Shown here: in pieces, positions 56,118-64,000 of the stretch | Position numbering within the stretch: position 1 is the stretch's first letter | Layout of the letters: each line of letters begins with the position of its first letter | Virus record (IMG/VR): IMGVR_UViG_3300035698_018873 | Span: 3,755-67,754 of that record | Source of the DNA: a virus | Length of the DNA: 64,000 nt | Direction: 5' to 3' (one strand) | Translations under genes and position numbers: made by a program | Notes under the pieces: model-generated | Told to the model about the DNA's origin: nothing | Seen by the model: only the letters and a program-made list of their open reading frames with translations | Database searches by the model: none

Positions 56118-57090
56118 ATCTTAACATTATGCTGTTAGCCTCTTTCATTAAGCCAAGTTTTTTACACAGGGCACTCATTCTGTGATGATAAGTGTGCTTT
56201 TTTAACACTTCTTCTTTAATTTCTAAAGCCAATTTCTTTCCTTCTTCAATATAATCAGGATTCATAGCATAATTAACAACAGTATTCAAGTATTCTTCTG
56301 GGCTATTGGCCATCACAAATTTGTCACAATATCTATTAAATCCAAAAACTTTATCAAGAACTGGTAAAGACCCACACAGGGCTACTTTCCAAAATCTTTC
56401 AGGAATATCAATCCCATAAACGGTTGTATGAGGCTCTGATACACATGGTCCAACTAAAGCAGAACTGAGAAACTTTCTACCACTATCGTTGACATCCAAA
56501 GTTCCTCTATGTGACTTTACTCCTTGCCAACCACCCCATCCTTTTATAGCTAAGTCATTGCCAACTCTTTCGCTTAATGGTAAAATCAACTTATCAATAT
56601 TATTGCTTTTATATGGCCATTTACCACCAAGAAATGCAATTTTATAATCAGATTCTTCTATTTCTGGATAATACAATGTAGAATCACCAGCTGTTGGAAT
56701 TCCAACAAACGGAATCCCAAAGTCATCAGTCCAGCTCTTCCAAAACGTTTTGCCGTCATCTTGATGGCCATATCCAAACACAACATTTGGTTTTTGCTTT
56801 ACAACCCACGATATAGCTTCTTTGGGCTCATTGATGTCAACACCATATAATGGTTTTAAATAATCACCAAATGGGTTTACGTGTATAGCAATTTTTCCAG
56901 TAAACCCGCTAGGAATATTTTGTCTATGACCAGAGCATCCAATATACAAGTCTGGATTAAATTCTAAAAAAGATTTTTCTTCACCATCCCAAAATTTGGC
57001 TACATGTCCTGAATCATTAAAAGCATTAATAAAGCCTTGTGTTATATAAAGAAACGCACCGCCGCATGGCTTTACCACTAATACTCTCAT
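56092..57090 (-). CDS. Glycosyltransferase (GT-B, CgeB/YkvP-like)
   Basis: IAFLGG, GWGGW, PERFWKVALCG, VLKKHTYHHR. Confidence 0.8.
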   Translation of the reverse strand: MRVLVVKPCGGAFLYITQGFINAFNDSGHVAKFWDGEEKSFLEFNPDLYIGCSGHRQNIPSGFTGKIAIHVNPFGDYLKPLYGVDINEPKEAISWVVKQKPNVVFGYGHQDDGKTFWKSWTDDFGIPFVGIPTAGDSTLYYPEIEESDYKIAFLGGKWPYKSNNIDKLILPLSERVGNDLAIKGWGGWQGVKSHRGTLDVNDSGRKFLSSALVGPCVSEPHTTVYGIDIPERFWKVALCGSLPVLDKVFGFNRYCDKFVMANSPEEYLNTVVNYAMNPDYIEEGKKLALEIKEEVLKKHTYHHRMSALCKKLGLMKEANSIMLRSIDHQSLA

Positions 57091-58955
57091 CACCACCCCT
57101 TGTATTTTTTTAACAAGTGATCTTTTAATCTTTTCCTAACAATAGTTTTGTCTGATCTAAACAACCTATCTTGAATATTTTTATTTATGCCATGCTTTTC
57201 TTCCCACCCAATAGTTCTATCATGCCACAAATGAAATAAGTCAATGGACCTAACAACATAGCTCTTAGTGCTGTCAACCATTCTTTTATAAAATTCCGTG
57301 TCTTCGCAGCCGTAGCCCACAAATTCTTCACAAAAGCCACCCATCTTTAAATATGCTTGTTTTCTTATTGCAAAGGAACCGCCTTCGTAATAATCAACTA
57401 CTCTATCAGATGAAACATTGTTTCTATCAACAGAATTGCTAGAAACAATCTTGTTTGTAGCTTCTTTGTCCATATAACATACTGTTTTTCCTATATGGAC
57501 AGACTCATGTTCTTTTAATAAGTCATTTAATTTTTGAAAATAGTCAGATCCAGCAAGCATATCAGCATCATGCAATACCATGTTTTCATTAATTGACAAT
57601 GACGCAGCTTTATTGAATGCAGCTGACTTACAAAAATGCATCTCATTAATCCAATTCCTAACTAATACATGATCAATACACGGAAAGTCACCAATGTTAA
57701 TCCTTGATTCAGAATCTTGTTCTGCAAGAATTATTTGTATGCACGGAAATTTCTGAGCCCTTATATTATTAATAACAGCTTTTACACACGCAGATCTACC
57801 TATATCTCTGAATGGCACAATGCAAGTCATTGATTCAACTTGTGACTTATCAGTACAATCAATAAAAGTCCTGTTTTGTCCTTTTACTTTTTCAAAATGC
57901 TTCTTAGCTTTTTGATAATGAGAATGCTTGTCTGGATCACTAGACGTATCATCATATATTTTAAAAAATTTATCAGATCCTTCAATGTCTAAAAACCCTT
58001 GTTTTTTATGACAAACATTAGCTATTCTACTACTATAGTCAACATGTTCAAAACCATACATTCCAAATTCTTCATCAAAATATCCAACTTTTTGAAAAGC
58101 CTCATCGTGCACAGCCAATACTGCACCATGAGGCTTATCTTGAACGTTTATCACACCGTTTGATGATTTAGGCCTATCAGCACCATAAACACCAGATTGT
58201 CTATAACAAAAGTGTTTATAACCAGTCAAATCCATTTTGTCAAAATAAAAACTATCCCATCCTTCATTTAGTACTTCAACATCATCATTCAATAAAAGTT
58301 TATATTTAAACCTTTTGAGACAATTTAACAGTCTATTAGTATTAGTAGCTATACCGCATCTATTATTATGAATAGCAATTACATCAGTTTGTTTTTTTAG
58401 CCATTCCCACACTTTAGGGTCTGTGCTTTCATCACTGACAAAAACAGTAGTTCTTTTTAAATTAGTGTTTTTTCTTATTGATTCTATCAAAGCCATCAAT
58501 GATTTTAATCTATTAAAACTCAAAATGCCAACACCAATATTATTAGAAATATTCATAGAATTAGCATTCAACCTAGAATTAGAAAATTCAGTTGCATAAC
58601 TCCTATTTGATGATCCTCTCCCAACAACATTAGATTTAATTTTTCTTTTTCCAACAACAATTTTACCATATACAGGCTTTTCTTTTTTGATTATTTTATG
58701 TTTTACTTCTTTCTTTTCTTCTTTAACCTTAATAATTCTAATACCACTATTTCTTTTTGTTAACGGTGATACGCTAACATTAATGTTTTTTTCCTCTTCT
58801 GGAATTATCTTTATTACTCTCAAATATCTCGGAACATATCTTTTAAAAAACTCGTCTAAAACTTTTCTTTGCCCTTTATTAAAATTGACCATGCCACCAT
58901 TCTTATTTGGAATTTTAATAGCATGGCTTTTTGTATTTACAAACAAATAATTCAC
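57090..58955 (-). CDS. Tandem GT-A (GT2/GT7C-like) glycosyltransferase
   Basis: ILSFNR..LNDD..GYFDEEFG.YGFEHVDY and IVPFRD..HDAD..GGFCEEFVGYGCED..FHLWH. Confidence 0.88.
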   Translation of the reverse strand: MNYLFVNTKSHAIKIPNKNGGMVNFNKGQRKVLDEFFKRYVPRYLRVIKIIPEEEKNINVSVSPLTKRNSGIRIIKVKEEKKEVKHKIIKKEKPVYGKIVVGKRKIKSNVVGRGSSNRSYATEFSNSRLNANSMNISNNIGVGILSFNRLKSLMALIESIRKNTNLKRTTVFVSDESTDPKVWEWLKKQTDVIAIHNNRCGIATNTNRLLNCLKRFKYKLLLNDDVEVLNEGWDSFYFDKMDLTGYKHFCYRQSGVYGADRPKSSNGVINVQDKPHGAVLAVHDEAFQKVGYFDEEFGMYGFEHVDYSSRIANVCHKKQGFLDIEGSDKFFKIYDDTSSDPDKHSHYQKAKKHFEKVKGQNRTFIDCTDKSQVESMTCIVPFRDIGRSACVKAVINNIRAQKFPCIQIILAEQDSESRINIGDFPCIDHVLVRNWINEMHFCKSAAFNKAASLSINENMVLHDADMLAGSDYFQKLNDLLKEHESVHIGKTVCYMDKEATNKIVSSNSVDRNNVSSDRVVDYYEGGSFAIRKQAYLKMGGFCEEFVGYGCEDTEFYKRMVDSTKSYVVRSIDLFHLWHDRTIGWEEKHGINKNIQDRLFRSDKTIVRKRLKDHLLKKYKGW

Positions 58956-59470
58956 TATCTTAAAACCCCATATTTTGGCATAGGCCTGTTATCAACTGTT
59001 ATAAACCTAAATCTGCTAGGTTTAACTATATTTCCTGAACATTCTTTGATCATTTCGTTATCAATTATTTTAACATCGATGATTTCTTGCGTTTTTAACG
59101 CTTTACCAAAAATGTCTTTCATCATTCCTGGACCCATAAATTTATTAGCTGAAAGCATTACATCAACTAGCGCACCATCTGAAAAATAAAAACTAGCATC
59201 AGCTATTTTTATCATTTTCATAATATCAATCAGTAATGGCAATTTTGGAGCAATATCTGCACAATCATTTAATTCCAAATCAATAACATTTGAATTAAAA
59301 TCAGACATTCTAATTAATATGTTATTTTCTCTAAACCCAATATAAACATTGATGCCACTTAATGGATACGGCTTTACAATATACGAATAAACACCATTAA
59401 AAATATCTTTATAATCAGATATTTTTAATAAATCTGGATAGTCAACAAAGTCTGGAATACTGGTTTTCAT
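58955..59470 (-). CDS. Hypothetical protein
   Basis: Coupled ORF. Confidence 0.65.
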   Translation of the reverse strand: MKTSIPDFVDYPDLLKISDYKDIFNGVYSYIVKPYPLSGINVYIGFRENNILIRMSDFNSNVIDLELNDCADIAPKLPLLIDIMKMIKIADASFYFSDGALVDVMLSANKFMGPGMMKDIFGKALKTQEIIDVKIIDNEMIKECSGNIVKPSRFRFITVDNRPMPKYGVLR

Positions 59471-59739
59471 ACATAATAAATACCACCTTTACTAATAATA
59501 AAATAGCTACCAAATTTTGCAAATTTTATTTTTTTAATATTAATCAATTTGCTCTTACTACTACCAGTAACTATCAATTGCGGATTGCCAGCTACTAACG
59601 TGTGAACATTGTCATCTTTAATTCCATTGATCAAAGCACACCATCTGGAAAATATTCCATCTTTAAAAATAATATCACCTATAGACGGAACCCAATTTTG
59701 AATTGGTCCATGACTCATCAAGTCGATTTCAACATTCAT
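59467..59739 (-). CDS. Hypothetical protein
   Basis: Coupled ORF. Confidence 0.6.
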   Translation of the reverse strand: MNVEIDLMSHGPIQNWVPSIGDIIFKDGIFSRWCALINGIKDDNVHTLVAGNPQLIVTGSSKSKLINIKKIKFAKFGSYFIISKGGIYYV

Positions 59740-59742
59740 TAT

Positions 59743-60177
59743 TTAATCCTCTTCTAGTGTTTTACTAAAAGGGTCAAATACAATCTTTTTATCATCAATA
59801 TTCCAAACAATAGTCATACCTTCTCTGCGACCACCAAGTCTGTGTCTTATTATTCTATCAATTGGCATAATAAAATTATCTATATTAGCATTTGGGAGAG
59901 AAGAGCCATATTCATCTTCTTCTAATCCATTTTTAACACCATCCCATAATTCTTTTTGTTCTCTTACTTGATCAAATCCAGACAGCAAGCTTTTTCTCAT
60001 GCTGATATCAGAGCTATACGCAGAAACCACAGTTTTTTTCTTATTGTGGTCATCATCTTCCCATTCAACAGAGCTTGAAAATTCAACTCTTTCTTCTTTA
60101 GGGTCTTTAACAAACGGTATTATAGCTTTTCTAATATCAAATATGTTTTTAATAACGATTGATTTTATTTCATTCAT
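59743..60177 (-). CDS. Hypothetical protein
   Basis: AGGAG SD. Confidence 0.65.
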   Translation of the reverse strand: MNEIKSIVIKNIFDIRKAIIPFVKDPKEERVEFSSSVEWEDDDHNKKKTVVSAYSSDISMRKSLLSGFDQVREQKELWDGVKNGLEEDEYGSSLPNANIDNFIMPIDRIIRHRLGGRREGMTIVWNIDDKKIVFDPFSKTLEED

Positions 60178-60185
60178 GGTTTCTC

Positions 60186-60374
60186 CTAAGATCTTTTATG
60201 CTTAATCTTCTTATGACATGCGGTACATTCCCAATTTTTAGTAAACTTCCTAATTCTTGGAACATACTGCTGTTTTATATACATGATGCCACCACATTGA
60301 GGGCATTTCATTGATAAATTATTAACGCCTATACCTGGTCTTTTTCGTTTGCCGCCGCCGCATCCGCATCCCAT
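60186..60374 (-). CDS. Small zinc-finger protein
   Basis: MGCGCGG..CPQCGG..CTAC; GGAGG SD before ATG 60374. Confidence 0.65.
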   Translation of the reverse strand: MGCGCGGGKRKRPGIGVNNLSMKCPQCGGIMYIKQQYVPRIRKFTKNWECTACHKKIKHKRS

Positions 60375-60958
60375 TTTTCTTCCTCCTCTATTAATCTTTT
60401 TCTGTTTACCCTGGCATCCTCTATTAATTCCCAGCATCTTACAATATCATTTTTGTTTATTACAATCCAGAAACCTGGATGTCCATGATAAACAAAATTG
60501 CAAGTTACTAGCTCTTTATCTCTATCAAGGGAAGTAGAGTTTTTTATAGTAAGCGATTCATTATATAGAGATAAAGCCCTTGGATGTACTCCAACCCAGT
60601 CTTTAATACTAACATCACTGCCGTCACGAATAATTTTAGCAACCTTTTCAAAGACTTTGTGATAAACACACCATATATCACTAGTTCTAGAAATAACTTT
60701 ATTGTCTTTAACTGTAGGCAAACTCAAAACATAAACCGACTTATCTGAATTGCTTGAATTGTATTTTCTCCACAACTTAACTACAGTGTGGTAACTCTTA
60801 TCTCTTTTGCTTTCTATAAAAATAGTAGGATGAGGTGAGTCACCCCTGGTGACACCACTATTGCCACCGCTAAGAGGCTGCCTACCTGACTTGCCTATGC
60901 CCTTAGCGCCATACCATACGCCAATCTTACTTTCAGCAGCTTTCCATGATTTGTTCAT
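60329..60958 (-). CDS. Hjc-like Holliday junction resolvase (PD-(D/E)XK)
   Basis: WKAAES..RQPLSGG..RGD..IFIESK. Confidence 0.7.
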   Translation of the reverse strand: MNKSWKAAESKIGVWYGAKGIGKSGRQPLSGGNSGVTRGDSPHPTIFIESKRDKSYHTVVKLWRKYNSSNSDKSVYVLSLPTVKDNKVISRTSDIWCVYHKVFEKVAKIIRDGSDVSIKDWVGVHPRALSLYNESLTIKNSTSLDRDKELVTCNFVYHGHPGFWIVINKNDIVRCWELIEDARVNRKRLIEEEEKWDADAAAANEKDQV

Positions 60959-60961
60959 CCA

Positions 60962-61234
60962 TTATATACTCGATGTTATTATATAATATTGATCCATGTG
61001 TTTTAATTCAAATCCAGCAGCATCTTCCAATATTAAATATTGTGTTATTGTTGGCGCAGAAGTTGACTTATTCTTTGCTGCATTTTCAGCGCTTCCTGCT
61101 TCAGCTTCAAAAACACGATGTTCTGAAGACGACCTCATGACATCACCTATAGTAGTCGTAACACCATCTTTATGAATTACTTTACCAGAATTGTCAGTGT
61201 TGATAAGTCTAATGTTAGCTATATGAATTGTCAT
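60962..61234 (-). CDS. Hypothetical protein
   Basis: GGAG SD. Confidence 0.6.
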   Translation of the reverse strand: MTIHIANIRLINTDNSGKVIHKDGVTTTIGDVMRSSSEHRVFEAEAGSAENAAKNKSTSAPTITQYLILEDAAGFELKHMDQYYIITSSI

Positions 61235-61246
61235 TTCTATCTCCGT

Positions 61247-62068
61247 TTAGATATTTTTGAATGATCTTACTTTACTCATTAGTTCTGAATACAAACCGCT
61301 AATTGAATGTATTCTGATTAAGTTCTGTATTTCTTTCATATCAAATTTTGTGTTATTACTAACTGATTTAACATATTCAACATTGTCATTTAAATGCGGA
61401 TTCCTACTTAAATCAACTAATTCTAAGTTTAAATCAAACAAATCTCTACCCTTTTCATTTAAAAATTCATCTATTCCTTTATCTACAATTTTTTGAGCAG
61501 TTTTGTCTTTAACCAGTCTGTAATTATCGATATTATCAGATTTATCACCAGCTAGCGCTTTAATAATAACAGGATCATACTTCGGTATTGGCACAATTTT
61601 GTTATCTCTTTTATTTGGATCTGGATTGTGCAAATCAACTCCTAAATGATATGGTATTTGCAAAATATCACCATCACTAGAAACAATAATATTATTTTTA
61701 TCACTAAATGCCTTCACAAATGCATAAATTAAATCATCAGCTTCGTTTTTTTGTCTAATATACTGGTTCATAGCCATGTTTCTAAAAACTTGTATAGCCA
61801 CTCTTTGAGAATCTTTTAGACATTTAGCATATTCTTGATCAGGAGTTGGTCTACCATCTTTATATTTTGGATATATATCTTTGCGCCAGAGATTATATTT
61901 TGGAACATCCCAAAATATATGCCATTTTGATGGTTTAAAAGTACGCCTAAAGCGATCAAGCATCCTAATCATTATAGTGACAGCATGCGTTTCGTATCCG
62001 CCAGCTCTGGATGCAGCAGCTGCTCGGTAGGCAATGTTTTTGCCATCTATTAAAATATTATCGTACAT
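61247..62068 (-). CDS. rnh: 5'-3' exonuclease / T4 RNase H-like
   Basis: LIDG.N, WRKDIYPKYK, EADDLI, SSDGD, GDKSDNI; start ATG 62068. Confidence 0.9.
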   Translation of the reverse strand: MYDNILIDGKNIAYRAAAASRAGGYETHAVTIMIRMLDRFRRTFKPSKWHIFWDVPKYNLWRKDIYPKYKDGRPTPDQEYAKCLKDSQRVAIQVFRNMAMNQYIRQKNEADDLIYAFVKAFSDKNNIIVSSDGDILQIPYHLGVDLHNPDPNKRDNKIVPIPKYDPVIIKALAGDKSDNIDNYRLVKDKTAQKIVDKGIDEFLNEKGRDLFDLNLELVDLSRNPHLNDNVEYVKSVSNNTKFDMKEIQNLIRIHSISGLYSELMSKVRSFKNI

Positions 62069-62085
62069 AAAGTATAAAATACAGC

Positions 62086-62112
62086 GCGAGGGAGGACAAA
62101 GTCCTCCCTCGC
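62086..62112. terminator. GC-rich hairpin after the SSB gene
   Basis: GCGAGGGAGGAC-AAA-GTCCTCCCTCGC, a perfect 12-bp stem. Confidence 0.8.
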
Positions 62113-62137
62113 ATCTTTTTTTCATTAAAATGAAAAT

Positions 62138-63121
62138 TTACAGTTGATCTAACAAAGCCTGCATTTCTTCATCAACATGTTCATCAGGATCATCTTCCTT
62201 AGCCTTGGATTCTTCCTTAGCTTCAGACTTAACCTCTTCCTTAGCTTCTTCCTTAGCTTCAGACTTAACTTCTTCCTTAGCTTCAGACTTAACCTCTTCC
62301 TTTGATTCTTGGTCATCATCAAATCCAGAGTCAGATCCATTCATAGTATCAGACAACTTGCTATCAACAATTTCAGCCAATTTATCTGCATCTGGGTTAT
62401 CAAATTTGCAAGGAATGTTGACTCTACTATCTAAAATCTTTTGCAATTCTTCTTCACTGTCAGCTAGTGCTTTTGATTTAGACAACATGCGACTGGTGTC
62501 ATAATTATTATATCCAGCTCTTTCACCAAGCTCAATAATAATCGGGAATGAATCTTCTTCATCAAAAAATAAGCCAAAAGGCTGTGGATCATCTTCATCA
62601 CCAGCATCAGTTCTATTAATTGCTGCAACACATTGTTCATAAATCTTGTTAGGAAGATTCCACCAATACGTGTTGCCCCTTAAATCCTGGGGATTATCCT
62701 TGTGATCTTGAAAGTACAAGTTAACAGAATGCATCTCTTGTGACAGCCATTCTCTAGCAATAGCTCTTCTGCTTTCTTTGTCATCAAGATCACGCATCAA
62801 ATCAAATCCAGCATCACACATTGGGCAATCGCCAGTAGCATGAATTCTTGGGCATTGATGACGTTTTTTATTAATGAAGTGATGTCCGTTTTGGTAATAC
62901 CAGACATCCCAATCCTTGTCGCAAACAGTCGGCTTACTATCAACACCGATGCATTTGTCACCTTCAAATAAAGGCGGCAATATGTTCACTCTAAATTTTT
63001 GGATTGTTTCCTTAATAAACTTTGGTCGCCATTCAAAGAGGTCTCTCTTGCCACTACTCTTTTCCTGGTTTTTGCGCATCTTATTTAAAAGAGCTGCTTT
63101 GTCTTTTTTCGTTAAAGCCAT
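62138..63121 (-). CDS. gp32: Single-stranded DNA-binding protein (gp32-like)
   Basis: WRP..ILPP, HH..CP..CPMCD, YNNYDTS; acidic tail with KEEVKSEA repeats. Confidence 0.88.
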   Translation of the reverse strand: MALTKKDKAALLNKMRKNQEKSSGKRDLFEWRPKFIKETIQKFRVNILPPLFEGDKCIGVDSKPTVCDKDWDVWYYQNGHHFINKKRHQCPRIHATGDCPMCDAGFDLMRDLDDKESRRAIAREWLSQEMHSVNLYFQDHKDNPQDLRGNTYWWNLPNKIYEQCVAAINRTDAGDEDDPQPFGLFFDEEDSFPIIIELGERAGYNNYDTSRMLSKSKALADSEEELQKILDSRVNIPCKFDNPDADKLAEIVDSKLSDTMNGSDSGFDDDQESKEEVKSEAKEEVKSEAKEEAKEEVKSEAKEESKAKEDDPDEHVDEEMQALLDQL

Positions 63122-63213
63122 GACTTACCTCCTGGGTTGTCGGGTTATTTAGTTGTAAACGCAACGGATTGTTGACACAACGGCTTATCGGCTTGATTGT
63201 ATTATATACTTCA

Positions 63214-63687
63214 TTATGAGTTGTGAAGTTCTGCTCTCTTCATAGCAGAAAAAGACCTCAAATTATCAGCTTTTATTTTTAAAGCATCCACAATACCAAA
63301 CAGTTTTGAAACTGTGACATCAACATCAATATATTTAATCTTTAATTTCATATATTCAGGATCGATATTAACAATGTTATCTTTATCTTGAACAGTTAAC
63401 TTAATACCTTCTTTCATCAATTCTTTAACTTCTTTTAAAATTTTAGACTTTCTAATTTCCATCTTCATTTCTGAGATATTTTTTTGTCTTCTTGCTTCTG
63501 CCAATACAGACGACCAAAAAGCAACAATTGATGGAATATTTTCCATATCCTCATCAATATTTTCATAATTAAGGGATAAATCTTCAGTCCAGTTCCTGTC
63601 AACTTCTTTACCACTTATAGTTGATCTTAATTTTATTATTATTTCTGACAATTCCGGGTCTATTGATTCCCACCATTTATTCAACAT
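63214..63687 (-). CDS. uvsY: Recombination mediator (UvsY-like)
   Basis: Long helical protein upstream of gp32; DPEY..ALKIK..LRS..MKRAE. Confidence 0.7.
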   Translation of the reverse strand: MLNKWWESIDPELSEIIIKLRSTISGKEVDRNWTEDLSLNYENIDEDMENIPSIVAFWSSVLAEARRQKNISEMKMEIRKSKILKEVKELMKEGIKLTVQDKDNIVNIDPEYMKLKIKYIDVDVTVSKLFGIVDALKIKADNLRSFSAMKRAELHNS

Positions 63688-63823
63688 TTTCTTTTCCTCC
63701 CTTGAAAATACTGTCAGCGCCGTTAAGCAACTTCGTTATGCATTTTTCATCCCACTTCTCTCTTTTAGTCTTTTTCTTGGCTAATTTTTTAGTGCGTTTT
63801 TGATTTTTTGTTAGGTTTTTCAT
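63677..63823 (-). CDS. Small basic hypothetical protein (48 aa)
   Basis: Manual translation MKNLTKNQKRTKKLAKKK...; ATGA-coupled to the upstream gene. Confidence 0.5.
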   Translation of the reverse strand: MKNLTKNQKRTKKLAKKKTKREKWDEKCITKLLNGADSIFKGGKENVE

Positions 63824-63999
63824 CTGTACTTTTTAAAATACTTGTATTTACCCCAAAATTTTCCAATTTCTACCGTAAGAGGCATTTTTACATTGCTAAG
63901 ATTACCATCAAACGGATTAAGCATTATTGATGATATCTTTTTAACATCTCTCAAAAGTCTTTGTTCAGTGGTGCATATCGTTAAAGAGTCATGTTGCTC
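63820..63999 (-). CDS. 3' end of a family-A DNA polymerase-like gene (partial)
   Basis: Manual translation EQHDSLTIC..KMPLTVEIGKFWG matches motif C (HD) and the PL.V..G..W terminus. Confidence 0.65.
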   Translation of the reverse strand, partial: EQHDSLTICTTEQRLLRDVKKISSIMLNPFDGNLSNVKMPLTVEIGKFWGKYKYFKKYR

Positions 64000-64000
64000 A

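Noticed and set aside
62205-62305. CRISPR-like or regulatory array
   Set aside because: In-frame 12/24-bp coding repeats (KEEVKSEA) without spacers; the same applies to repeats at 2359, 9426 and about 33545-33700
1-64000. Stop-codon reassignment, tRNA genes or a CRISPR array
   Set aside because: Core genes are full length with the standard code and use all three stops; no cloverleaf or repeat-spacer pattern was seen by eye (tRNAscan not run)

Overview
This 64-kb window is part of a large, AT-rich, T4-like (contractile-tailed, probably jumbo) phage genome read with the standard genetic code; almost all genes are on the minus strand. The left ~14.6 kb is accessory: a sulfotransferase, a glycosyltransferase, a SAM methyltransferase, a tandem DUF2589-like pair, GroES, an NMP kinase, a divergent adenylosuccinate-synthetase-like ligase with a VWA partner, a Met-rich protein and a Pol-beta nucleotidyltransferase. 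A 124-bp inverted repeat brackets 6.3 kb of that region. At 14.8-18.9 kb is a three-gene nuclease/DNA-modification cassette with its own consensus sigma70 promoter. From 19-54 kb are head genes (gp23, scaffold, gp21, gp20, gp17), an intein-split gp55-like sigma factor, UvsW, a second sigma70-like factor, and tail, neck and baseplate genes. From 54-64 kb are primase, two glycosyltransferases, a resolvase, RNase H, gp32, UvsY and the 3' end of a family-A-polymerase-like gene. The most striking pattern is three separate homing-endonuclease-like proteins, each fused to a Mom-like GNAT DNA-modification domain, plus an HTH-methyltransferase fusion. All family assignments come from reading motifs by eye; no database searches were run.
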